Of a stretch of 8,612 nucleotides of DNA, positions 1 to 6,468 are shown piece by piece. Position 1 is the stretch's first letter; each line of letters begins with the position of its first letter. Under the pieces are notes generated by a model. It worked only from the letters and a program-made list of their open reading frames with translations, made no database searches and had not been told where the DNA came from. This DNA is from a virus (Duplodnaviria; Heunggongvirae; Uroviricota; Caudoviricetes), in IMG/VR virus record IMGVR_UViG_3300014522_000024; one strand, 5' to 3'. The translations under genes and the position numbers were made by a program.

Positions 1-10
1 GGCTTTTTTT
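1..10 (+). terminator. Possible 3' U-tract (GGCTTTTTTT) of an intrinsic terminator whose stem would lie upstream of the window
   Basis: The window opens with GGC followed by 7 T. The stem is not visible, so this is only suggestive. It would fit the end of an upstream repressor-type gene (racR position in K-12). Confidence 0.2.
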
Positions 11-47
11 GTACCATCATCATATGACACGCCACTATAAAAACACA

Positions 48-67
48 TTTTGTGTTGACACACAAAA
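48..67. promoter_or_regulatory. Operator-like inverted repeat TTTTGTGT-tgac-ACACAAAA overlapping a -35 element
   Basis: Perfect 8-bp arms (48-55 and 60-67) around a 4-bp spacer. TTGACA at 55-60 sits inside it. A related TTGTGTT motif recurs at 73-79. Confidence 0.4.
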
Positions 68-83
68 ACCAATTGTGTTTAAT
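55..83 (+). promoter_or_regulatory. Candidate sigma70 promoter for the ydaG-led leftward operon (pL analogue)
   Basis: TTGACA (55-60), 17-bp spacer, TTTAAT (78-83). Lies just downstream of the U-tract and upstream of ydaG. Confidence 0.35.
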
Positions 84-257
84 AAGCATATCCAAACAAC
101 GCCCCACCGGAGAACGGCAGGACAATACCTCGAGTTATCCAGCCACTGAACAGGGCTAAGTAGCCAGCCTGAGGCATACGAACATGACGGCAGTTGTTGA
201 TTGATACAAAGCGCAGTAGATAAAACGTTCCGCCCCCCGGCGTTAAGGGGAAAAAAG

Positions 258-392
258 ATGGTGCATTACGAAGTAATTCAGTATTTGATGGATTGTTGCG
301 GTATCACTTACAACCAGGCTGTGCAGGCTTTACGCAGCAACGACTGGGATCTCTGGCAAGCAGAAGCCTCTATCCGCAACAACAAGATGTGA
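258..392 (+). CDS. ydaG: Rac prophage small protein YdaG (44 aa)
   Basis: ATG at 258 with AAGGGG Shine-Dalgarno 7 nt upstream. Translation MVHYEVIQYLMDCCGITYNQAVQALRSNDWDLWQAEASIRNNKM matches my recollection of YdaG. The track ORF 201..392 is a TTG-initiated extension of the same frame. Confidence 0.7.
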   Translation: MVHYEVIQYLMDCCGITYNQAVQALRSNDWDLWQAEASIRNNKM

Positions 393-403
393 GAGTTCCC
401 AAA

Positions 404-559
404 ATGCAAAAAATCGACCTCGGCAACAACTAATCCCTGGTGTGCGGCGTGTTACCCAACCAGGACGGTACGTTCACCGCGATGACGTATACAAAAAGCA
501 AAACATTTAAAACCGAAACTGGTGCGCGCCGATGGTTGGAGAAGCACACAGTAAGCTAA
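404..559 (+). pseudogene. ydaF-like small ORF interrupted by an in-frame TAA at 431-433 (reading MQKIDLGNN*SLVCGVLPNQDGTFTAMTYTKSKTFKTETGARRWLEKHTVS)
   Basis: ATG 404 with GAGAG 8 nt upstream. ATG-to-final-stop is exactly 156 nt, which is 51 codons plus stop, the size I recall for K-12 YdaF. An in-frame TAA occupies codon 10, and the frame is open from 434 to 559. Identity to ydaF is from memory and unverified. Confidence 0.3.
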
Positions 560-1044
560 CGATTAAAACGTCTACTCCTGCTGTTCCAGAATAACTTCAT
601 AAAATGGGAGTATTTTTCGGTGACGAGATAATAAGAACAGTTTGCGCTATCACTCTGATGTTGAATGATGCCCTTCCGTTCTAATTTTTTCATAACCGGG
701 TTACGGCAAGGAGAAGTGATAATAAGATTTCCTGTTTTAAGGAAATCTTTAAATACAGCGATTTCTTTCTCAGATAAACGAAGCAATACACGTTGCTCTG
801 GTAGTAATGAATAATGCTTTTGAATATGTGCTCGCAATCTTGAGAAGGAAATGGCGACCACGAAAGAAAAGGCAAAAACGATAATCTGAAAGAGCCAAGG
901 TATTTCAGTATAAGCATTGAATGCGACAGTAAACTCTTTCGGTATCAGCCAGAGAGTGAGACCAAAAATGATAATCGTATACATAAGTCTTTCGAGTGGC
1001 TCGTTAGCAAAAAGTTTCAACAATGGAGTAAATACATCCAACAT
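556..1044 (-). CDS. sieB: Superinfection exclusion protein B (162 aa, membrane protein)
   Basis: Minus-strand ATG at 1044 with GAGAG Shine-Dalgarno 8 nt upstream. Product MLDVFTPLLKLFANEPLERLMYTIIIFGLTLWLIP... has two hydrophobic segments. Matches my recollection of Rac SieB. The track ORF to 1167 is an unsupported N-terminal extension. Confidence 0.85.
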   Translation of the reverse strand: MLDVFTPLLKLFANEPLERLMYTIIIFGLTLWLIPKEFTVAFNAYTEIPWLFQIIVFAFSFVVAISFSRLRAHIQKHYSLLPEQRVLLRLSEKEIAVFKDFLKTGNLIITSPCRNPVMKKLERKGIIQHQSDSANCSYYLVTEKYSHFMKLFWNSRSRRFNR

Positions 1045-1262
1045 ATCAATAACTCTCAACTGTAAGGGTATTGAAATGTTAACACAAGCTCTCGCTGTAG
1101 GGGTATAGCCGAGACCACCGAAGCCCGGAGGTGGTGAAATAAAACCGGGCACAACACGAAGGCGCATTTCCGGTATCCATAAAGAGTCGGTCTTGTCTGT
1201 TAAATTTAAATGGTGGGAGTGCGCCTCCGGTTGTAAATAACGACATTGCTGTGTGTAGCCTT

Positions 1263-1310
1263 GGCGGCATCAGTTTTTTCTTGAAGTTCGGCTGATGTCC
1301 GCCCTTTTTA
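1263..1310 (+). terminator. Terminator-like stem-loop followed by a T-tract, upstream of kilR
   Basis: GGCGGCATCAG (1263-1273) pairs with CTGATGTCCGCC (1292-1303) with one bulge and an 18-nt loop, followed by CTTTTTA (1304-1310). The large loop makes this non-canonical. Confidence 0.3.
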
Positions 1311-1474
1311 AAGTGAATTTTGTGATGCGGTGAATGCGGCTAAGCGCACGCGGAACAGTTAAAAGCATCAGAGTTATGGGTGGATTATCCGGCGTTAATT
1401 GTTAACTGGTTAACGTCACCTGGAGGCACCAGGCACCGCATCAACAAAGTTCATTTGTGAAAATGGAGATAATT

Positions 1475-1696
1475 ATGATTGCTCATCACTTCGGAACTGA
1501 TGAAATACCACGTCAGTGTGTGACTCCTGGTGATTATGTTCTTCATAACGGCCGGACATATATTGCCTCGGCAAACAATATTAAAAAGCGAAAACTTTAT
1601 ATTCGTAACCTGACCACAAAAACATGCATTACTGACTGCATGATTAAAGTTTTCCTCGGTCGTGATGGCTTACCTGTAAAGGCGGAATCATGGTGA
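1475..1696 (+). CDS. kilR: KilR, prophage-encoded cell-division inhibitor (73 aa)
   Basis: ATG 1475 with GGAGA Shine-Dalgarno 5 nt upstream. Product [73 protein letters not shown] matches recollected KilR. In-frame alternative starts exist at GTG 1457 and ATG 1463. Confidence 0.85.
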   Translation: MIAHHFGTDEIPRQCVTPGDYVLHNGRTYIASANNIKKRKLYIRNLTTKTCITDCMIKVFLGRDGLPVKAESW

Positions 1697-1866
1697 TGAC
1701 TGAGAAAATAAAATGTGCTTACCACCTTTGCAATAAAGGAGTTGAAGAAAGCAAAAGCATTAAAAGACCACTTCATTTCATGCGTGGAGTTATACCAACG
1801 ACGGAAATGAAAAAATATTGTAGTGAAATCTGTGCCGAAAAAGACCAGATGGCACACGAACTTTAA
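1696..1866 (+). CDS. ydaE: YdaE, small Cys-rich (probable zinc-binding) protein, 56 aa
   Basis: ATG 1696 overlaps the kilR stop by 1 nt (TGATG). Product [56 protein letters not shown] carries a C-x4-C ... C-x3-C motif. An in-frame ATG at 1690 is an alternative start. It is under 60 aa and so absent from the supplied ORF track. Confidence 0.6.
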   Translation: MTEKIKCAYHLCNKGVEESKSIKRPLHFMRGVIPTTEMKKYCSEICAEKDQMAHEL

Positions 1867-1940
1867 TTAACTGACTATGCGAAACTGAATTCATGCCAGC
1901 AATGGCAGGGATTCGCTCAACCTTAATTAAGGAGAAAAAC

Positions 1941-2216
1941 ATGATTACTAATTATGAAACCACTATTGTAACTACTGATGACATTGTTCACGAGGTTAAT
2001 CTGGAAGGAAAGCGTATTGGCTACGTGATTAAAACAGAAAATAAAGAAACCCCATTCACTGTAGTTGATATCGACGGTCCATCAGGCAACGTTAAAACAC
2101 TTCACGAAGGTGTCAAAAAAATGAGCCTGGTGCATATCGGAAAGAATCTGCCCGCAGAAAAAAAAGCCGGATTTCTGGCAACTCTGATTGCAATGAAATT
2201 AAAAGGTGAAATCTGA
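1941..2216 (+). CDS. racC: RacC, Rac prophage protein of unknown function (91 aa)
   Basis: ATG 1941 with AAGGAG Shine-Dalgarno 6 nt upstream. Product MITNYETTIVTTDDIVHEVNLEGKRIGYVIKT... The track ORF from 1893 is an upstream extension of the same frame. Confidence 0.8.
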   Translation: MITNYETTIVTTDDIVHEVNLEGKRIGYVIKTENKETPFTVVDIDGPSGNVKTLHEGVKKMSLVHIGKNLPAEKKAGFLATLIAMKLKGEI

Positions 2217-2317
2217 AAGAAATAGCCTGCGTATGGCGCAGGCTATGAACAGTGTGTATCCGGCAAGATCATTCACTGAACAAAACGAATTTTAATCTGA
2301 GTTGAGGTTAAAAAACA

Positions 2318-4918
2318 ATGAGCACAAAACCACTCTTCCTGTTACGGAAAGCGAAAAAATCATCCGGTGAACCTGACGTCGTCCTGTGGGCAAGCAACGA
2401 TTTTGAATCGACCTGTGCCACTCTGGACTACCTGATCGTTAAGTCAGGTAAAAAACTGAGCAGCTATTTTAAAGCTGTTGCCACGAATTTTCCTGTCGTT
2501 AATGACCTGCCCGCTGAAGGTGAGATCGATTTTACCTGGAGTGAACGCTATCAACTCAGCAAAGACTCCATGACATGGGAACTAAAACCGGGAGCAGCAC
2601 CAGACAACGCTCACTATCAAGGCAATACCAACGTCAACGGCGAAGACATGACTGAGATTGAGGAGAATATGCTACTCCCAATTTCTGGCCAAGAACTGCC
2701 CATTCGTTGGCTTGCTCAACACGGCAGCGAAAAACCGGTAACGCACGTTTCACGCGACAGACTCCAGGCATTACACATTGCTCGGGCTGAAGAACTACCG
2801 GCTGTTACTGCCCTGGCTGTTTCCCACAAAACCAGCCTGCTCGACCCGCTGGAAATTCGCGAACTCCACAAACTGGTTCGTGACACTGACAAAGTTTTCC
2901 CTAATCCTGGTAATTCAAACCTGGGACTGATAACTGCTTTTTTCGAAGCATACCTGAACGCTGACTACACCGATCGAGGACTGCTGACAAAAGAGTGGAT
3001 GAAGGGTAATCGTGTTTCACACATCACTCGCACGGCTTCCGGTGCTAATGCTGGCGGCGGAAACCTCACCGATCGCGGCGAAGGTTTCGTACACGATCTG
3101 ACGTCACTGGCGCGCGACGTAGCCACTGGCGTACTGGCCCGTTCAATGGATCTGGACATCTATAACCTTCATCCGGCACACGCTAAACGCATTGAGGAAA
3201 TTATCGCTGAAAATAAACCGCCCTTTTCTGTTTTCCGCGACAAATTCATCACCATGCCTGGCGGGCTGGATTATTCCCGCGCCATCGTGGTTGCGTCCGT
3301 AAAAGAAGCACCAATTGGGATCGAGGTCATCCCCGCGCACGTCACTGAATATCTGAACAAAGTACTGACTGAAACCGATCATGCCAACCCTGATCCGGAA
3401 ATCGTGGATATTGCCTGCGGTCGCTCCTCTGCCCCGATGCCGCAGCGAGTAACAGAAGAAGGAAAACAGGATGATGAAGAAAAACCGCAACCATCTGGAA
3501 CAACGGCAGTTGAACAGGGAGAGGCTGAAACAATGGAACCGGACGCAACTGAACATCATCAGGACACGCAGCCGCTGGATGCTCAGTCACAGGTAAATTC
3601 TGTTGATGCGAAATATCAGGAACTGCGGGCAGAACTCCATGAAGCCCGGAAAAACATTCCATCAAAAAATCCTGTCGATGCCGATAAATTGCTTGCTGCA
3701 TCACGTGGTGAATTTGTTGACGGAATTAGCGACCCGAACGATCCGAAATGGGTAAAGGGGATCCAGACTCGCGATTGTGTGTACCAGAACCAGCCAGAAA
3801 CGGAAAAAACCAGCCCGGATATGAATCAACCTGAGCCAGTAGTGCAACAGGAACCGGAAATAGCCTGCAATGCCTGCGGCCAGACTGGCGGGGATAACTG
3901 CCCTGACTGTGGTGCGGTGATGGGCGACGCAACATACCAGGAAACATTCGATGAAGAGAGTCAGGTTGAAGCTAAGGAAAATGATCCGGAGGAAATGGAA
4001 GGCGCTGAACATCCGCACAATGAGAATGCTGGCAGCGATCCGCATCGCGATTGCAGTGATGAAACTGGCGAAGTCGCAGATCCCGTAATCGTAGAAGACA
4101 TAGAGCCAGGTATTTATTACGGAATTTCGAATGAGAATTACCACGCGGGTCCCGGTGTCAGTAAGTCTCAGCTCGATGACATTGCTGATACTCCGGCACT
4201 ATATTTGTGGCGTAAAAATGCCCCCGTGGACACCACAAAGACAAAAACGCTCGATTTAGGAGCCGCTTTCCACTGCCGGGTACTTGAACCGGAAGAATTC
4301 AGTAACCGCTTTATCGTAGCACCTGAATTTAACCGCCGTACAAACGCCGGAAAAGAAGAAGAGAAAGCGTTTCTGATGGAATGCGCAAGCACAGGAAAAA
4401 CGGTTATCACTGCGGAAGAAGGCCGGAAAATTGAACTCATGTATCAAAGCGTTATGGCTTTGCCGCTGGGGCAATGGCTTGTTGAAAGCGCCGGACACGC
4501 TGAATCATCAATTTACTGGGAAGATCCTGAAACAGGAATTTTGTGTCGGTGCCGTCCGGACAAAATTATCCCTGAATTTCACTGGATCATGGACGTGAAA
4601 ACTACGGCGGATATTCAACGATTCAAAACCGCTTATTACGACTACCGCTATCACGTTCAGGATGCATTCTACAGTGACGGTTATGAAGCACAGTTTGGAG
4701 TGCAGCCAACTTTCGTTTTTCTGGTTGCCAGCACAACTATTGAATGCGGACGTTATCCGGTTGAAATTTTCATGATGGGCGAAGAAGCAAAACTGGCAGG
4801 TCAACAGGAATATCACCGCAATCTGCGAACCCTGTCTGACTGCCTGAATACCGATGAATGGCCAGCTATTAAGACATTATCACTGCCCCGCTGGGCTAAG
4901 GAATATGCAAATGACTAA
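2318..4918 (+). CDS. recE: Exodeoxyribonuclease VIII (RecE), 866 aa, with C-terminal lambda-exonuclease-like nuclease domain
   Basis: 2601-nt ORF with GAGGT Shine-Dalgarno. N-terminus [30 protein letters not shown]... and overall length match recollected K-12 RecE. The C-terminal region contains a (D/E)XK-type motif ([11 protein letters not shown]). A long acidic low-complexity linker occupies the middle. The stop overlaps the recT start. Confidence 0.95.
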   Translation: MSTKPLFLLRKAKKSSGEPDVVLWASNDFESTCATLDYLIVKSGKKLSSYFKAVATNFPVVNDLPAEGEIDFTWSERYQLSKDSMTWELKPGAAPDNAHYQGNTNVNGEDMTEIEENMLLPISGQELPIRWLAQHGSEKPVTHVSRDRLQALHIARAEELPAVTALAVSHKTSLLDPLEIRELHKLVRDTDKVFPNPGNSNLGLITAFFEAYLNADYTDRGLLTKEWMKGNRVSHITRTASGANAGGGNLTDRGEGFVHDLTSLARDVATGVLARSMDLDIYNLHPAHAKRIEEIIAENKPPFSVFRDKFITMPGGLDYSRAIVVASVKEAPIGIEVIPAHVTEYLNKVLTETDHANPDPEIVDIACGRSSAPMPQRVTEEGKQDDEEKPQPSGTTAVEQGEAETMEPDATEHHQDTQPLDAQSQVNSVDAKYQELRAELHEARKNIPSKNPVDADKLLAASRGEFVDGISDPNDPKWVKGIQTRDCVYQNQPETEKTSPDMNQPEPVVQQEPEIACNACGQTGGDNCPDCGAVMGDATYQETFDEESQVEAKENDPEEMEGAEHPHNENAGSDPHRDCSDETGEVADPVIVEDIEPGIYYGISNENYHAGPGVSKSQLDDIADTPALYLWRKNAPVDTTKTKTLDLGAAFHCRVLEPEEFSNRFIVAPEFNRRTNAGKEEEKAFLMECASTGKTVITAEEGRKIELMYQSVMALPLGQWLVESAGHAESSIYWEDPETGILCRCRPDKIIPEFHWIMDVKTTADIQRFKTAYYDYRYHVQDAFYSDGYEAQFGVQPTFVFLVASTTIECGRYPVEIFMMGEEAKLAGQQEYHRNLRTLSDCLNTDEWPAIKTLSLPRWAKEYAND

Positions 4919-5720
4919 GCAACCACCAATCGCAAAAGCCGATCTGCAAAAAACTCAGGGAAACCGTGCACCAGCAGCAGTTAAAAATAGCGACGTGATT
5001 AGTTTTATTAACCAGCCATCAATGAAAGAGCAACTGGCAGCAGCTCTTCCACGCCATATGACGGCTGAACGTATGATCCGTATCGCCACCACAGAAATTC
5101 GTAAAGTTCCGGCGTTAGGAAACTGTGACACTATGAGTTTTGTCAGTGCGATCGTACAGTGTTCACAGCTCGGACTTGAGCCAGGTAGCGCCCTCGGTCA
5201 TGCATATTTACTGCCTTTTGGTAATAAAAACGAAAAGAGCGGTAAAAAGAACGTTCAGCTAATCATTGGCTATCGCGGCATGATTGATCTGGCTCGCCGT
5301 TCTGGTCAAATCGCCAGCCTGTCAGCCCGTGTTGTCCGTGAAGGTGACGAGTTTAGCTTCGAATTTGGCCTTGATGAAAAGTTAATACACCGCCCGGGAG
5401 AAAACGAAGATGCCCCGGTTACCCACGTCTATGCTGTCGCAAGACTGAAAGACGGAGGTACTCAGTTTGAAGTTATGACGCGCAAACAGATTGAGCTGGT
5501 GCGCAGCCTGAGTAAAGCTGGTAATAACGGGCCGTGGGTAACTCACTGGGAAGAAATGGCAAAGAAAACGGCTATTCGTCGCCTGTTCAAATATCTGCCC
5601 GTATCAATTGAGATCCAGCGTGCAGTATCAATGGATGAAAAGGAACCACTGACAATCGATCCTGCAGATTCCTCTGTATTAACCGGGGAATACAGTGTAA
5701 TCGATAATTCAGAGGAATAA
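4911..5720 (+). CDS. recT: RecT single-strand annealing protein (RecT/Redbeta family), 269 aa
   Basis: ATG 4911 overlaps the recE stop (ATGACTAA, 8-nt overlap). Product [50 protein letters not shown]... matches recollected RecT. The track ORF from 4854 is a spurious upstream extension. Confidence 0.95.
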   Translation: MTKQPPIAKADLQKTQGNRAPAAVKNSDVISFINQPSMKEQLAAALPRHMTAERMIRIATTEIRKVPALGNCDTMSFVSAIVQCSQLGLEPGSALGHAYLLPFGNKNEKSGKKNVQLIIGYRGMIDLARRSGQIASLSARVVREGDEFSFEFGLDEKLIHRPGENEDAPVTHVYAVARLKDGGTQFEVMTRKQIELVRSLSKAGNNGPWVTHWEEMAKKTAIRRLFKYLPVSIEIQRAVSMDEKEPLTIDPADSSVLTGEYSVIDNSEE

Positions 5721-5727
5721 TTCAGCC

Positions 5728-5748
5728 TGGCGGTGTAATGCACCGCCA
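5728..5748 (+). other. GC-rich hairpin in the recT-ralR intergenic region
   Basis: GGCGGTG (5729-5735), loop TAATG, CACCGCC (5741-5747), extendable by one T-A pair. An oligo-T run follows about 10 nt downstream, so it is not a canonical intrinsic terminator. Confidence 0.3.
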
Positions 5749-5776
5749 ACTTGAAATATTTTTTATGAGAAAAATT

Positions 5777-5971
5777 ATGAGATATGACAATGTTAAACCA
5801 TGTCCATTTTGTGGTTGTCCATCAGTAACGGTGAAAGCCATTTCAGGATATTACCGAGCGAAGTGTAACGGATGCGAATCCCGAACCGGTTATGGTGGAA
5901 GTGAAAAAGAAGCACTCGAAAGATGGAATAAACGAACCACTGGAAATAATAATGGAGGTGTTCATGTATAA
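5777..5971 (+). CDS. ralR: RalR (Lar), restriction-alleviation protein and type I toxin (DNase), 64 aa, zinc-ribbon-like
   Basis: ATG 5777. Product MRYDNVKPCPFCGCPSVTVKAISGYYRAKCNGCESRTGYGGSEKEALERWNKRTTGNNNGGVHV has paired CxxC motifs. Matches recollected RalR. The track ORF from 5738 is an extension. Confidence 0.8.
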   Translation: MRYDNVKPCPFCGCPSVTVKAISGYYRAKCNGCESRTGYGGSEKEALERWNKRTTGNNNGGVHV

Positions 5972-6152
5972 AATTACCGCCACTATTGAAAAGGAAGGTG
6001 GCACTCCTACTAACTGGACAAGATATTCAAAATCTAAACTAACGAAATCAGAATGCGAAAAAATGCTCTCAGGTAAAAAAGAAGCGGGCGTTTCCAGAGA
6101 GCAGAAAGTAAAACTGATAAATTTTAATTGCGAGAAACTTCAGTCCTCGTGA
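5964..6152 (+). CDS. ydaC: YdaC/RcbA-like small protein (62 aa from ATG 5964; alternative ATG 5952 gives 66 aa)
   Basis: ATG 5964 is preceded by GGAGG (5954-5958) at 5-nt spacing and overlaps the ralR stop by 8 nt. Product MYKITATIEKEGGTPTNWTRYSKSKLTKSECEKMLSGKKEAGVSREQKVKLINFNCEKLQSS. The exact annotated start in K-12 is uncertain to me. Confidence 0.6.
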   Translation: MYKITATIEKEGGTPTNWTRYSKSKLTKSECEKMLSGKKEAGVSREQKVKLINFNCEKLQSS

Positions 6153-6184
6153 ATTGCATTGTATTCAAATTAAAACTTCATAGC

Positions 6185-6200
6185 TGATTATTAATAATCA
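6185..6200. promoter_or_regulatory. Perfect 16-bp palindrome TGATTATTAATAATCA upstream of xisR
   Basis: The sequence is identical to its reverse complement. It lies 52 bp upstream of the xisR ATG in the ydaC-xisR spacer. Candidate operator or promoter element for xisR-intR. Confidence 0.35.
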
Positions 6201-6251
6201 ACATCGGGCGTCAATTTCAGCCTAACATTGGCGCCTGCCAGAGGTGATGCG

Positions 6252-6467
6252 ATGGCACAAGTAATCTTTAATGAAGAGTGGATGGTTGAATACGGCCTGA
6301 TGCTTCGCACTGGTCTGGGTGCCAGACAAATTGAAGCATACCGCCAGAACTGTTGGGTGGAAGGCTTCCACTTCAAACGAGTATCTCCTTTAGGGAAGCC
6401 AGACAGTAAGCGAGGGATTATCTGGTACAACTATCCGAAGATAAATCAGTTTATCAAAGACTCATGA
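6252..6467 (+). CDS. xisR: Excisionase XisR (YdaQ), 71 aa
   Basis: ATG 6252 with GAGGTGA Shine-Dalgarno 4 nt upstream. Product [71 protein letters not shown]. Immediately precedes and is translationally coupled to intR. Confidence 0.8.
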   Translation: MAQVIFNEEWMVEYGLMLRTGLGARQIEAYRQNCWVEGFHFKRVSPLGKPDSKRGIIWYNYPKINQFIKDS

Positions 6468-6468
6468 T

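Noticed and set aside
201-392. 63-aa ORF starting at TTG 201
   Set aside because: In-frame upstream extension of ydaG. ATG 258 with AAGGGG Shine-Dalgarno is the supported start.
556-1167. 203-aa minus-strand ORF in the supplied track
   Set aside because: It is an N-terminal extension of sieB. The extension (MRLRVVPGFISPPPG...) is low-complexity with no ribosome-binding site, whereas ATG 1044 has a good Shine-Dalgarno and gives the expected 162-aa SieB.
690-1270. Short ORFs overlapping sieB or its upstream region (690..917 -, 917..1108 +, 1079..1270 -)
   Set aside because: They overlap sieB in alternative frames or lie in the control region. No Shine-Dalgarno and implausible composition.
1597-1857. 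86-aa minus-strand ORF antisense to kilR/ydaE
   Set aside because: Antisense to two supported genes, no ribosome-binding site. Likely spurious.
2965-4816. Multiple minus-strand ORFs (64-147 aa) inside recE
   Set aside because: Antisense shadow ORFs within a long, well-supported coding region. No ribosome-binding sites and compositionally odd translations.
4854-5720. 288-aa ORF beginning upstream of recT
   Set aside because: Extension of the recT frame into the recE 3' end. The supported start is ATG 4911 (MTKQPPIAK), overlapping the recE stop.
6191-6430. 79-aa minus-strand ORF antisense to xisR
   Set aside because: Antisense to a supported gene with no ribosome-binding site. The palindrome at 6185-6200 explains the local symmetry.
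5738-6467. Track ORFs 5738..5971, 5892..6152 and 6228..6467 as drawn
   Set aside because: Each is an upstream extension of ralR, ydaC and xisR respectively. Shorter starts with Shine-Dalgarno support were used instead.
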